Shown: positions 1 through 9,704 of the stretch, piece by piece | How the letters are laid out: the number at the start of each line of letters is the position of its first letter | Numbering within the stretch: position 1 is the first letter of the stretch | The notes under the pieces: model-generated | Database searches by the model: none | What the model was told of the DNA's origin: nothing | What the model saw: only the letters and a program-made list of their open reading frames with translations | Source of the DNA: a virus | Lineage: Duplodnaviria; Caudoviricetes | Virus record (IMG/VR): IMGVR_UViG_2724679557_000005 | Span: 1-64,000 of that record | Length of the DNA stretch: 64,000 bases | Direction: 5' to 3' (one strand) | Program-made: the position numbers and the translations under genes

Positions 1-618
1 ATGCGGTATGGACAAAGTCAGTATGGACTAGCTAAATATGCAGAGAATATTCCCACCAAAGAGGATTTAGAAAAGTATTTTGTAGACCTTAGAAAATATA
101 TACCACAAGAAATATATAATTTACCTGAAATAAAGGCTGTCTATGATGCACAGAGTGTTGAAATAGGTAGTCTTTTGTATTATACAGACGATATAAAAAA
201 ACAATTTCATATAGAGACAGCTACTTGGGGATTAATTTACTGGGAAAATAAATATGGAATTGAAACTAACTTTAATTTGTCATATCAGGAAAGGAGGGAA
301 ATAGTAAAAGCAAAAAAGGCAGGCCAAGGGACTTGCACAAAAAAATTAATAGAAGATGTAGCTAGTAAATTTAGTGGCGGTGAAGTTAATGTAATAGAAA
401 ATACTGGACCATATGAATTTACAATACAATTTGTAGGCATTAAAGGAATCCCGCGTAACATGCAAAATCTTATTAATGCGATAGAGGATATTAAGCCAGC
501 TCATTTAGATTATAAATTTAAATACACTTATACAAATTGGAATTACCTAGATGGTAAAAACTTAAGCTTTGATAGAGCAGAATATATCAAGTGGGACGAT
601 TTAGAAATTTACGATTAA
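1..618 (+). CDS. Baseplate protein, YmfQ/DUF2313 (XkdU-like)
   Basis: TATWGL..WE and IKPAHL motifs; directly upstream of tail fibre. Confidence 0.85.
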   Translation: MRYGQSQYGLAKYAENIPTKEDLEKYFVDLRKYIPQEIYNLPEIKAVYDAQSVEIGSLLYYTDDIKKQFHIETATWGLIYWENKYGIETNFNLSYQERREIVKAKKAGQGTCTKKLIEDVASKFSGGEVNVIENTGPYEFTIQFVGIKGIPRNMQNLINAIEDIKPAHLDYKFKYTYTNWNYLDGKNLSFDRAEYIKWDDLEIYD

Positions 619-631
619 GGAGGAATGAACA

Positions 632-1456
632 TTGAGGACAAGTACAAATTATGGACTTAAACTACCAGAAGGTACTGATAATGTAAGAAGGAAAGACTTT
701 GTAGAAAACTTTGAAATTATAGATAGAGAGATGAAAAATAATGACACATCAATGAAAGAAATTGCGAACAAAGTAGATAACATTAAAATTGCAGATGCCA
801 CTATAGCTCAAAAGGGAATTGTACAACTTAATAATACTACTAATAGTACAAGTATTACCCAAGCAGCTACAGCTAATGCGGTTAAGTTAGCAATGGATAG
901 AGCAAATTCGGCTTTTCAATCAGCCAGTGATGGCAAAAATGCTATTGCTGGCAAGGTAGGAAATGTTACAGGAAATAATACTCATGCAGAAATAGCAAAT
1001 AGAATACAAACAGATAAGAATACAGCAGCTAATAATCTTAATAATAAGGGTGTGAGTGCTAGTGGAACTGAAGCTTTAGCTAGTTTAGTATCGAAGATAG
1101 CACAAATTTCCGTACAAGGAATGGGTGGAAAAAGGTTTTTAACGGGTACAGCTACAATCAGCTCTGATTATAAAACTTTCACTTATGTTGGTTCTTCTAG
1201 TACTGTATCTAAGCCATATATAACAATTAATTCAAGCTTTCCAATTAGTGTAATAATAGCTGGCATAGATTCTACTAATACTTATTACAAAGGTTGCATA
1301 ATGATAAGAAATAATGCATGTTTTATGTTGACAGTTTCAAGTTCATATGATTCAGAAATAAGTAGTTTTATTGAACCATTAAAATCTGGAAATAGTGTAT
1401 ATTTACCAGTAAATATGCCATCTGGAAATAATTTAACCTACCTAGCATTTGAATAA
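632..1456 (+). CDS. Phage tail fibre protein
   Basis: N-terminal TNYGLKLP motif, tail fibre repeat ATIAQKGIVQL..TNSTS...AAT; TTG start with AAGGAGG RBS. Confidence 0.85.
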   Translation: MRTSTNYGLKLPEGTDNVRRKDFVENFEIIDREMKNNDTSMKEIANKVDNIKIADATIAQKGIVQLNNTTNSTSITQAATANAVKLAMDRANSAFQSASDGKNAIAGKVGNVTGNNTHAEIANRIQTDKNTAANNLNNKGVSASGTEALASLVSKIAQISVQGMGGKRFLTGTATISSDYKTFTYVGSSSTVSKPYITINSSFPISVIIAGIDSTNTYYKGCIMIRNNACFMLTVSSSYDSEISSFIEPLKSGNSVYLPVNMPSGNNLTYLAFE

Positions 1457-1474
1457 AAAAGGAGAAATGTAAAG

Positions 1475-1783
1475 ATGAAAACACTAATAGTTTATGATTC
1501 AACAGGAAAAGAAATATTTAGCCAAGGAGGATTTCCATATGAACCAATAGGAGAAATAAAAGCACTTCAAGCTGATATTCCAGAGAACAAACTACTTAAA
1601 GGTGTAGATATTAAAACAGGAGAACCAATATTAGAAGATATACCTAAATCACAAATGGAACTACTACAAGAAGAACTTGCACAGAATACAAAAGAAATGG
1701 CTAAGAAAGATTTAGCTATAGAGCAATTACAAAAAGATTTAGCAGATTTAACAAAACAAATAGCTTTAGGAGGTAATGTATAA
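1475..1783 (+). CDS. Tail fibre assembly/chaperone-like protein (XkdW-like position)
   Basis: MKTLIVYD..G start, coiled-coil C-terminus, between tail fibre and XkdX. Confidence 0.7.
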   Translation: MKTLIVYDSTGKEIFSQGGFPYEPIGEIKALQADIPENKLLKGVDIKTGEPILEDIPKSQMELLQEELAQNTKEMAKKDLAIEQLQKDLADLTKQIALGGNV

Positions 1784-1935
1784 TGAATTGGTTTGAAAAA
1801 GTGCAAAGATATTTTTGTTGGGGATGTTACAATAATACAGACGTTTGGGATTTTGTAAGTTATAAGAAAATAACAACAGAACAATATACTGAAATAACTA
1901 AGGTAGAATATACAGAACAAAGACCAGCAATTTAG
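1783..1935 (+). CDS. XkdX family protein (50 aa, not in ORF track)
   Basis: MNWFEKVQRYFCWGCYNNTDVWDFVSYKKITTEQYTEITKVEY; GGAGG RBS, TAATG overlap. Confidence 0.85.
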   Translation: MNWFEKVQRYFCWGCYNNTDVWDFVSYKKITTEQYTEITKVEYTEQRPAI

Positions 1936-2380
1936 TTCGCAATTGGAAAATAGGATAAATCAAATAGCAGACAATAAATCAGGACTAGAAATAGTCTTTT
2001 TTTATTGAATATATTACTAAAATAATAGTAGAACTAGTTAAAATAAGGATGCTGAATAGATATATAATTAGTTCTACTATTTTACATGAGAAATAATTTT
2101 CTCTGTGAATTTAGATAAGGTTATTAGTAAATTACAAAAAGTTTAAACTGATGGAGAATTCACTTACAATATTTATTATTTGTAAATCAAAAAAAATTAT
2201 ACGTATAAAGGTAGTCTTTTTATTACTTAAAATCAACTATATGATAAAAAGTAAAAATTTACTAAATTTCTTAGATATAAAGGAATTTGTATTACGATTA
2301 TTGTTGGAATTTATCTTATATAAAGTTAAAATATTTTATGGACGCGTTCAATAATTGAAATAAGGGAGAAATAATATATA

Positions 2381-3601
2381 ATGAAAAATTATTATAAAAG
2401 AATACTTATAATGTTTGTAATGGTATTAACTATTATGAGTGTAGGAATAATGAAAAATGGAACTATAGCTAATGCGGCAACAGTTGGAGAACAATTGTTA
2501 CAACCAGAAGATGGTTGGAAAAGATATGATGACAATGACAGTAATATAACATACAGTACTAAATTATCACATGATAGTGAATCTTGGTTTAATAGTAATA
2601 GTGTAGAATGGTGCTATAATAACACAATAACAGATTGTGTATATGGAATTAATACTGAAAATGAGTATTGTGAATTTAATTTTTATGGTAGCAAATTAAG
2701 AGTAATTTCACCTTATTGGTGGTCTAGTACACCATCTGTAGATGTTTATATCGACAATAAACTAATTGGAAATTTTAGTGAAAAAGGTTCATCAGATAAA
2801 TATCAAGTTATGGTATATGAAATTGATGAGTTAAATTTCTCTAAACATTCTGTGAAAATAGTTAATAAGGATAATAGTGGAGCATATTTTTGTATAGATG
2901 CGATAGATACAGATTATAATGGTTATTTAGTAAATACAAATGAAGAAAATCAATCGATATCATTAAGTCAATCATCATTAAATTTAAAAGAAGGTATATC
3001 AGAAAAATTAACAGCAACAACTACACCTTCAGCGGTAGATATAAACTGGTCAAGCTCAGATGAAGCAGTTGCAACAGTTGATTCTAATGGAAATGTTAAA
3101 GCTATAAAAGAAGGACAAGCAACAATAACAGCAAAAATTAAAGGAACTGATATAAAATCTACTTGTATAGTTACAGTTACTAAAAAAGATGTTCCAGTAG
3201 AACCTGAACAACCAACAAATCCAGAGCAAGAGTATATAATTAATACTGCTTATGCTAAAGGTGATAATACTAACAATGCTAGTGGTCAAGTATCTATAAT
3301 ATTTAAGGGAGTAGCAGAGGCGCAATTAAAAGTTATAAAAACAGCAGATGTGGATTCTGTATATGTTGGAGACAATTTTACTTATACAATAGAAATTACT
3401 AACACAAGTGATAAAATAGCTAAATCAGTAGTTATTAAAGATAATGCACCCAATCACATTCAATTCATACCTAGTAAAGTAATAACAACTCAAGGTAAAG
3501 TAGATTCAAGTTCAACATATAAAAATATTGTAGTTAATGTTGGAGATATCCCACCATCAGGAAAAGTTATAATAAAAATCCCAGTTCTTGTAGTTGAATA
3601 A
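2381..3601 (+). CDS. Secreted protein: signal peptide, beta-sandwich/CBM-like domain, Ig-like (Big_2) domain, DUF11-like domain
   Basis: Signal peptide ending ANA; WSSSDEAVATVD..G.V Ig motif; KTAD...V.VGD.FTYTI.ITN motif. Confidence 0.75.
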   Translation: MKNYYKRILIMFVMVLTIMSVGIMKNGTIANAATVGEQLLQPEDGWKRYDDNDSNITYSTKLSHDSESWFNSNSVEWCYNNTITDCVYGINTENEYCEFNFYGSKLRVISPYWWSSTPSVDVYIDNKLIGNFSEKGSSDKYQVMVYEIDELNFSKHSVKIVNKDNSGAYFCIDAIDTDYNGYLVNTNEENQSISLSQSSLNLKEGISEKLTATTTPSAVDINWSSSDEAVATVDSNGNVKAIKEGQATITAKIKGTDIKSTCIVTVTKKDVPVEPEQPTNPEQEYIINTAYAKGDNTNNASGQVSIIFKGVAEAQLKVIKTADVDSVYVGDNFTYTIEITNTSDKIAKSVVIKDNAPNHIQFIPSKVITTQGKVDSSSTYKNIVVNVGDIPPSGKVIIKIPVLVVE

Positions 3602-3642
3602 AATAATAAATAATCAATAAAAGATAGTATAGGGGAGAAATA

Positions 3643-4638
3643 ATGAATAAAAAATTAAAAAAGATATTTGTAATGTTTGTAATGGTACTAACCATTATGG
3701 GAATTGGAGCAATTCAAAATGGAGTTATAGCTAATGCGGCTACTGTTGGAGAGCAATTAACTCAACCAGAAGATGGATGGAAAAGGTATAAATGTGGAGA
3801 TGAACAAATAACTTATATAGGCGAAGGATGGCATTATGGTTCAACCTGGGCAGAAACTCTACATTCAAGATATAACTATAGCGGATCTAAAATAAAATTT
3901 AATTTTACGGGTGATAAATTAAGATTAATTTGTGGATATTGGCAAACAACGTCTAAAGATGTTGATATAATTATTGATGGAAAGAAAATAGATAAATATG
4001 TTATAAATAATGGTACTAATAGTAATGAAAATATTTTAGTTTATGAAAAATTAGATTTAAATAAAAAGGAACACAGTTTGGAACTTGTAAATAATACTGA
4101 TGAGTATCTTACAATAAATGCAGTAGATATAGATGAAAATGAAGTATTAAAACTTTATAATGAAAATATTTCAACTATATCATTAGATAAATCATCATTA
4201 AACTTAAAAGAAAATAACACAAAGAAATTAACAGCTATAACTACTCCATCAGCTGTAGATGTAGAATGGCTAAGCTCTGATGAAGCAATTGCAAAAGTAG
4301 ATGAAAATGGTAAAGTAACTGGCATTAAAGAGGGAACTTGTATAGTAACAGTACAAATTAAAGGAACAGATGTTAAAGCCACTTGTGAAGTTACAGTAAC
4401 TAAAGAAGATATTGTTAATCCAGAAGAACCATCTATAGAAAATGGAAGCTTATACATAGAAATGGTAGATGGAAATATTAAAAGAGCAGATAAAAGTCAA
4501 ATTGAAAAATTCAAGAAATGGTTTATTTCTAGAGATTTAGATGAAACAGAAAATCCAATATTTAAAATAACAAATGCAAAAGGAAATGCAGAGTATTTAG
4601 TACATGATAAAGTTGTTGGATTTGAAATAAGAGAATAA
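3643..4638 (+). CDS. Secreted Ig-like (Big_2) domain protein, paralogue of 2381-3601
   Basis: Same signal peptide, ATVGEQL.QPEDGWKRY and Ig domain; different C-terminus. Confidence 0.75.
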   Translation: MNKKLKKIFVMFVMVLTIMGIGAIQNGVIANAATVGEQLTQPEDGWKRYKCGDEQITYIGEGWHYGSTWAETLHSRYNYSGSKIKFNFTGDKLRLICGYWQTTSKDVDIIIDGKKIDKYVINNGTNSNENILVYEKLDLNKKEHSLELVNNTDEYLTINAVDIDENEVLKLYNENISTISLDKSSLNLKENNTKKLTAITTPSAVDVEWLSSDEAIAKVDENGKVTGIKEGTCIVTVQIKGTDVKATCEVTVTKEDIVNPEEPSIENGSLYIEMVDGNIKRADKSQIEKFKKWFISRDLDETENPIFKITNAKGNAEYLVHDKVVGFEIRE

Positions 4639-4710
4639 TATAAAGTTTATTAAAGGCACTTACGTTAAGTAGGTGTCTTTTCTTATATAAAAAAATAAGG
4701 AAGGTGTTAT

Positions 4711-4911
4711 ATGGATGAATTAATAAGAGTAGCTTTAGGACAAGGATTAGGATATGGAATGTTTGCATGCCTACTGGTATATGTACTTAAAACTACAGGG
4801 GAAAGAGAAACAAAATATCAAGAATTACTAGATAAGATGGCAGATAAATTTAATGTTGTTGAGGATATTAAAGAAGATGTAAAAGAAATTAAAAGTAAAA
4901 TTGAAAGGTAG
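4711..4911 (+). CDS. BhlA/UviB family holin-like protein
   Basis: QGLGYGMFACLLVYVLK...RE.KYQ pattern; start of lysis cassette. Confidence 0.8.
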   Translation: MDELIRVALGQGLGYGMFACLLVYVLKTTGERETKYQELLDKMADKFNVVEDIKEDVKEIKSKIER

Positions 4912-4923
4912 GAGTTAATTATT

Positions 4924-5097
4924 ATGGATAGATTGTTAAATAAAATAACGAGTGCAAGATGGCTTATAGCTGTAATAATGACTATAGTTTTTGCTGTACT
5001 AGCAATTAAAAATACAATTACAACAGAATTTATAACAATTTATACAATGGTTATAGCATTTTATTTTAGTAAAGATAGAAAAGAAATTAAAGAGTAA
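4924..5097 (+). CDS. Small two-TM holin-like protein (57 aa, not in ORF track)
   Basis: MDRLLNKITSARWLIAVIMTIVFAVLAI...VIAFYFSK; AGGAG RBS; precedes endolysin. Confidence 0.75.
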   Translation: MDRLLNKITSARWLIAVIMTIVFAVLAIKNTITTEFITIYTMVIAFYFSKDRKEIKE

Positions 5098-5154
5098 TTT
5101 AGGTAGCATTTTTAGCTACCTTTTTTCTTTTATATTAATAAGGAGGAATGTAAA

Positions 5155-5946
5155 ATGTCTAATTGGAAATGGTGTGTACAAGGTGAAAATGGAAAAATAA
5201 TAAAAGGATGGTATGAAAATAATGGAAAATGGTACTATTTAAATGATGAAGGCATAATGCAAACAAGTTGGATACAGGATAAAGATGAAAGATGGTACTA
5301 CTTAAAAAATGATGGTTCTATGGCTACTGGTTGGTTAAAAAGTCCCTATAGTGGTAAGTGGTTTTATTTAAATCCTGTAAGCAATGGTTATAAAGGAGAA
5401 ATGTATCGTGATGGTACTTATACAATAGATGGTAAAGAATATAAGTTCAATACTAGTGGTGCATGGATAGAAGATACTCTTGTTAGTACTATATGTATAG
5501 ATTTTATTAAATCATGGGAAGGCTATTTTGCTACTCCATATATAGATTGCGTAGGAGTTAAAACATTAGGTTATGGACTTACAGGAAAGGAAATAGAAGA
5601 TTTACCAGATACGATTACAGAAGAAAAGGCAACAGAGTTATTAAAAGATTGGATAAATAAAAAGTATGCTCCAGTAATAAAAAAAGATTTAGAGTTTAAA
5701 GGTATTGCATTAAAACAGCATGAATTTGATGCTTTGGTTTCATTTTCATACAATTGTGGCACAACAGGATTGTTAGGTTCTACACTATATAAAAATATCG
5801 TTGCTGGAATAAGAGATAAAAACACAATTACAGCTAATTTTGTTGCTTGGAGTAATGGTGGAGGTAAAAGAATAGAAGGACTTTACAGAAGAAGGACAAA
5901 GGAAGCAGCTATGTTTTTAAATGCTGATTATACAGGCAATAATTAA
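5155..5946 (+). CDS. Endolysin: N-terminal cell-wall-binding repeats + GH24 lysozyme
   Basis: WYYL..G.M.TGW repeats; EG-x7-D-x5-T catalytic motif; FDALVSFSYNCG and GL.RRR..E. Confidence 0.9.
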   Translation: MSNWKWCVQGENGKIIKGWYENNGKWYYLNDEGIMQTSWIQDKDERWYYLKNDGSMATGWLKSPYSGKWFYLNPVSNGYKGEMYRDGTYTIDGKEYKFNTSGAWIEDTLVSTICIDFIKSWEGYFATPYIDCVGVKTLGYGLTGKEIEDLPDTITEEKATELLKDWINKKYAPVIKKDLEFKGIALKQHEFDALVSFSYNCGTTGLLGSTLYKNIVAGIRDKNTITANFVAWSNGGGKRIEGLYRRRTKEAAMFLNADYTGNN

Positions 5947-6154
5947 ATATGTTATAATATGTGTGGCTAAATTACACATAAAATTAGAAAACATTTAAGG
6001 GTAGCAGATAGGAGAAATCTTATTTGTTACTCTTTTTCTTTTTATGGAAAACTTGGACAAGTTGTAGTATTATGTAAATATAATAAATAGCAAATACATT
6101 ATGTACAATTAATCTTATTAAAATTCGATATTTTATAAATAGGGGTGAAAAATA

Positions 6155-7237
6155 ATGGAGCTTAGCATTAAAGAAGAAAGTCTTTTAAATAAAATTGGAA
6201 TTAATGTATTCCCTAAAAATCGTAATTATTGGTTTATAAGAACTCAAGGTGGAAATTATTATGATGATTTTACAAATGAAAATTTTGTAGGAATTGAATG
6301 GGATGAAATTAGTGATTTGAACTTTATAAAAAGTGCGACAGAAGATCAGTGGAAAGAAAAAATAAAAAAATGCTATAAGGATGTTGATAAACCAGGATAT
6401 ATAATGAATCAGATTAAAAAGTTTGTTTATGATATAAAAAAAGGAGATATTGTATTAATTCCTAATGAAAAATCTAGATGGATTGCAATAGGAGAAATTT
6501 TAGATGACGATATAGAAATATATGAAGAGGATAAATCAGAAACAGATTTTGAAAGTTTACTTGATTATTTAGATGAATCAGATGATAAAGAAAAAAAAAT
6601 AATAATAAAAAAGCGTAGAAAGGTCAAATGGTTAAAAACATTTAAAAGAAGTGAATGGGATCCCTACTTATTAAATATTATTTATTCACATAGTGCAGTA
6701 GCAGATGCAAATAAATATAATATATTCATAGACCGTATGTTATCACAATTTTATATAAAAGGTGATGAAGGGTATTTTACCTATAGAATTAATAAAAAAT
6801 CTAATATACCATATTCAGATATGTTAAGTTTTTTAAATAATAATGATAAACTTATGAACTATATTTGTAATAAATTTCCTGAGTGGAAGTTTAATAAGGA
6901 TGATATTATATTAAAAGTTAATGTACAATCTAAAGGACCACTACAATTAAAAAGTAAAATGTTCACTATTTTAATTTGTGGAACAATAATAACAGCACTG
7001 TTTGGATCACATTTTAATTTTGAATTTTTGGGAGCTAAAGTAGACATAGAAAGTGAAGGTTTACCTAAATTAATATCAACTGTTATGGAAGTAAATGAAA
7101 AGATTATGAAAGAAAAAGAAGATGATGAAGAACTAAAACAATTAGTTAAAGACTTTAAAGAAAATCAAGAAAAATTAGAAATAGAAGTTCCGGAAAAACA
7201 AAATAAACTAGATAATGAACTAAATATAGAAAAATAA
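6155..7237 (+). CDS. Post-lysin moron: EVE/PUA-like N-terminal domain + C-terminal hydrophobic segment; candidate anti-phage protein
   Basis: YWFIRT.GG..Y..F....FVGIEW, IKKGDIVLIP, RRKVKW; hydrophobic ILICGTIITALFG. Confidence 0.5.
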   Translation: MELSIKEESLLNKIGINVFPKNRNYWFIRTQGGNYYDDFTNENFVGIEWDEISDLNFIKSATEDQWKEKIKKCYKDVDKPGYIMNQIKKFVYDIKKGDIVLIPNEKSRWIAIGEILDDDIEIYEEDKSETDFESLLDYLDESDDKEKKIIIKKRRKVKWLKTFKRSEWDPYLLNIIYSHSAVADANKYNIFIDRMLSQFYIKGDEGYFTYRINKKSNIPYSDMLSFLNNNDKLMNYICNKFPEWKFNKDDIILKVNVQSKGPLQLKSKMFTILICGTIITALFGSHFNFEFLGAKVDIESEGLPKLISTVMEVNEKIMKEKEDDEELKQLVKDFKENQEKLEIEVPEKQNKLDNELNIEK

Positions 7238-7258
7238 GCAATGAGTATAGTACATTGC

Positions 7259-7483
7259 TTATTTACAGGGATATATTGTTATAAACTTAAATATAAAAAT
7301 CAAACTACTAAGTATACTTAAACAATCACTAATGTAAATCTTTTTTAACATAATATAATCATTTTTAATAAAATATTTTAATATTATATTAAAAATGAAT
7401 TTAAACAAAAAATAAAAAAGAGAAAAAATAACCATAAATGTACCTAACTGTGATAGAAAACTTATAAAATTAGAAAAATACAT
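7259..7483 (-). CDS. Small two-TM membrane protein
   Basis: GAGGAGGTG RBS; two hydrophobic segments. Confidence 0.55.
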   Translation of the reverse strand: MYFSNFISFLSQLGTFMVIFSLFYFLFKFIFNIILKYFIKNDYIMLKKIYISDCLSILSSLIFIFKFITIYPCK

Positions 7484-7819
7484 TTAACAATCACCTCCTC
7501 TTTTAACTTAATTATAAGAATAAACTAATAAATAATCAATATAATTTATAATATTATATGTAATTATATGTTAAAAAGTTAAAATTAATAATTATTTAAA
7601 GATAATATATCTATGTGTATTCTTAAAAAATGGAGTTATTATTTGTAAATAAAATTTACTTTAAGGGCAGTATGTAGATTAAGTTCTATGTACTGTCCTT
7701 ATTTTGTAGCACAATTCAAAATATTAATATAATTCAAGTTGATTAATAAGAACATATTTTTATTTGAATTTTATAGAAAATATGTTAAAATATATAAAAG
7801 GTTAAGAGGGAGGGATATT

Positions 7820-8149
7820 ATGAAAAAATTATTTTTGTTTGGATTCTTAAGTTTAGCCATTTTAGGTACAACTTTTATTATGCCAACAACATTTTCTACA
7901 GTAGCGTATGCTTCTTACAATAATCCAGCTACAGGATTTTGGGGGCATATAGATGGTACTAGAGTTGCATTTAGAGAATCTAAATCAGTAAATTCAAATC
8001 GTATTAAATATTTTAGTAATAATGAATCTGTTGGCATTGAGAGTTTGAATGCAGGAACTGCTGATGGTTATCAATGGAGTAAAGTAACAGATTCCAATGG
8101 AAATACTGGTTATGTGGCATCTAAATATCTTTATACAGAGGGAGATTAA
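7820..8149 (+). CDS. Secreted SH3b-domain protein
   Basis: GAGGGAGG RBS before ATG 7820; signal peptide AYA; W.KV....G.TGYVASKYL. Confidence 0.75.
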   Translation: MKKLFLFGFLSLAILGTTFIMPTTFSTVAYASYNNPATGFWGHIDGTRVAFRESKSVNSNRIKYFSNNESVGIESLNAGTADGYQWSKVTDSNGNTGYVASKYLYTEGD

Positions 8150-8256
8150 AAACAATAATATAAAACTTAAATTTTATTTTAAAAATTATATTAATAAAAG
8201 CAGTAGGTAAAGAAATACTTACTGCTTTAATTTTATTATCTAAATAAAAAACTTGT

Positions 8257-8928
8257 CTATATTGTTAATGAATATTTTTCTTTAAAGGATTCTCTATCTA
8301 AATCAGTTATATACGCTTTAACATTTCGAGAAAATAATTTTGCTACTATAAAAGTCTTTAATCCTGCAATAAGTTCATAAGTACCCTCCTCATTTTTTCT
8401 TATCGCAATAGGTGTTAAATCCTTATAGTTGCTCATATTTTTTATGTTGAATATTGATATTCTAGAATTTAAATGTGTTTTTTCAACTAATTTAACGTTG
8501 TTTATATCAACGTCTTGAAATTCAATTTCTTCTAATCTTTTAAACCACATATTATCATAATCTCTTTGTTGAAAATAAACATCTTGTTTATAGTGTTTAT
8601 CTATTTTATCATCATGATCTAATATCTGTTTTTGTTCTTTTAAGCCTACTTTTTTTATAGCAATAGATTTCACATAAATATAAGTTTTATTTTCTTTTAA
8701 TGTTCTTATTTCAAATTTTCCATAAATATTCAAATATAAATCTAATATATCGGGAAGGTTTTTAAAATTTCGCCATTGTCTTTTGGTTATCTCGACCATA
8801 ATTATTGATGATTGTAAATTAAAAATATCCTCATTTTCATTTTTAAATAAAACTACTGCAGAACCATCTTTATTAGTTTTAAGTATTTTATCGATTTTTC
8901 CATTGATTTTTATTATTGATTTACTCAT
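8257..8928 (-). CDS. Hypothetical protein with C-terminal ParB/Srx-like segment
   Basis: PIAIRK..EGTYELIAG.....AKL resembles the ParB N-domain. Confidence 0.45.
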   Translation of the reverse strand: MSKSIIKINGKIDKILKTNKDGSAVVLFKNENEDIFNLQSSIIMVEITKRQWRNFKNLPDILDLYLNIYGKFEIRTLKENKTYIYVKSIAIKKVGLKEQKQILDHDDKIDKHYKQDVYFQQRDYDNMWFKRLEEIEFQDVDINNVKLVEKTHLNSRISIFNIKNMSNYKDLTPIAIRKNEEGTYELIAGLKTFIVAKLFSRNVKAYITDLDRESFKEKYSLTI

Positions 8929-9061
8929 TTTCTCATCCCCTATTTCAATTGCTTATAGACATATTATAACATTTATAGTTAATTAATTACAATTATATTG
9001 AACTTAATTGCAATTAATAGTAAAATAATACACGTAAATATAAAAATAGGGGGATAACAAA

Positions 9062-9550
9062 ATGAAAAACTTTAAAAAGCTACTTTCAGCATTGCTTGTA
9101 TTTTGTGGATTAGCAATGTTAAATCCTGTACAAGCTAATGCAGCATGGAAACAAAATAATACTGGATGGTGGTATACACAAGGAAGTTCATATTCTGTAG
9201 GTTGGGAACAAATAGATGGAAAGTGGTATTACTTTGATTCAAATGGTTATATGAAAACTGGCTGGATTAATGACAATGGTAACTGGTATTATTGTTGGTC
9301 TAATGGACAAATGGCTCAGAATTGCTATGTTGGAAATTATTATTTAAACAACAATGGTGTTTGGACTACAAACACTGGAAGTTCATCTACTGGAGATTTT
9401 GTTACAGATAGTCAAATCGCTTATTTATCAGCAACAGGAGATAAATATCATAAGATACCTAATTGTGGCAAGATGAATCCAAACAAAGCTATAAAAACTA
9501 CAGTTAATGATGCGAAAGTAAAACATAAAATTTGTGAGAAGTGTTGGTAA
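9062..9550 (+). CDS. Secreted cell-wall-binding-repeat protein with C-terminal Cys/His Zn-binding module
   Basis: Signal peptide, WYYF..GYM.TGW repeats, KYH...C..M...C..C. Confidence 0.75.
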   Translation: MKNFKKLLSALLVFCGLAMLNPVQANAAWKQNNTGWWYTQGSSYSVGWEQIDGKWYYFDSNGYMKTGWINDNGNWYYCWSNGQMAQNCYVGNYYLNNNGVWTTNTGSSSTGDFVTDSQIAYLSATGDKYHKIPNCGKMNPNKAIKTTVNDAKVKHKICEKCW

Positions 9551-9704
9551 CACATAGTTAAACATAATAAAAATAGAGGTAATATAGAAAAATCTATACA
9601 CCTCTATTTTATTGGGCAATTTTAATATCTTATTTAGAATATTGACAAAATTTAGTAATAATATACAATTAAAATATAAAAATAATTTAAGAGGGGATGA
9701 ATGA

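Noticed and set aside
632-1456. Diversity-generating retroelement acting on tail fibres
   Set aside because: No reverse transcriptase and no TR/VR pair with adenine-specific mismatches seen.
1567-1920. Minus-strand ORF (and its twin 57337-57735 on +)
   Set aside because: Antisense shadows of the chaperone/xkdX genes; similar only because the DNA is duplicated.
2151-2354. 67-aa ORF
   Set aside because: No RBS, low-complexity AT-rich composition, overlaps the promoter region of 2381.
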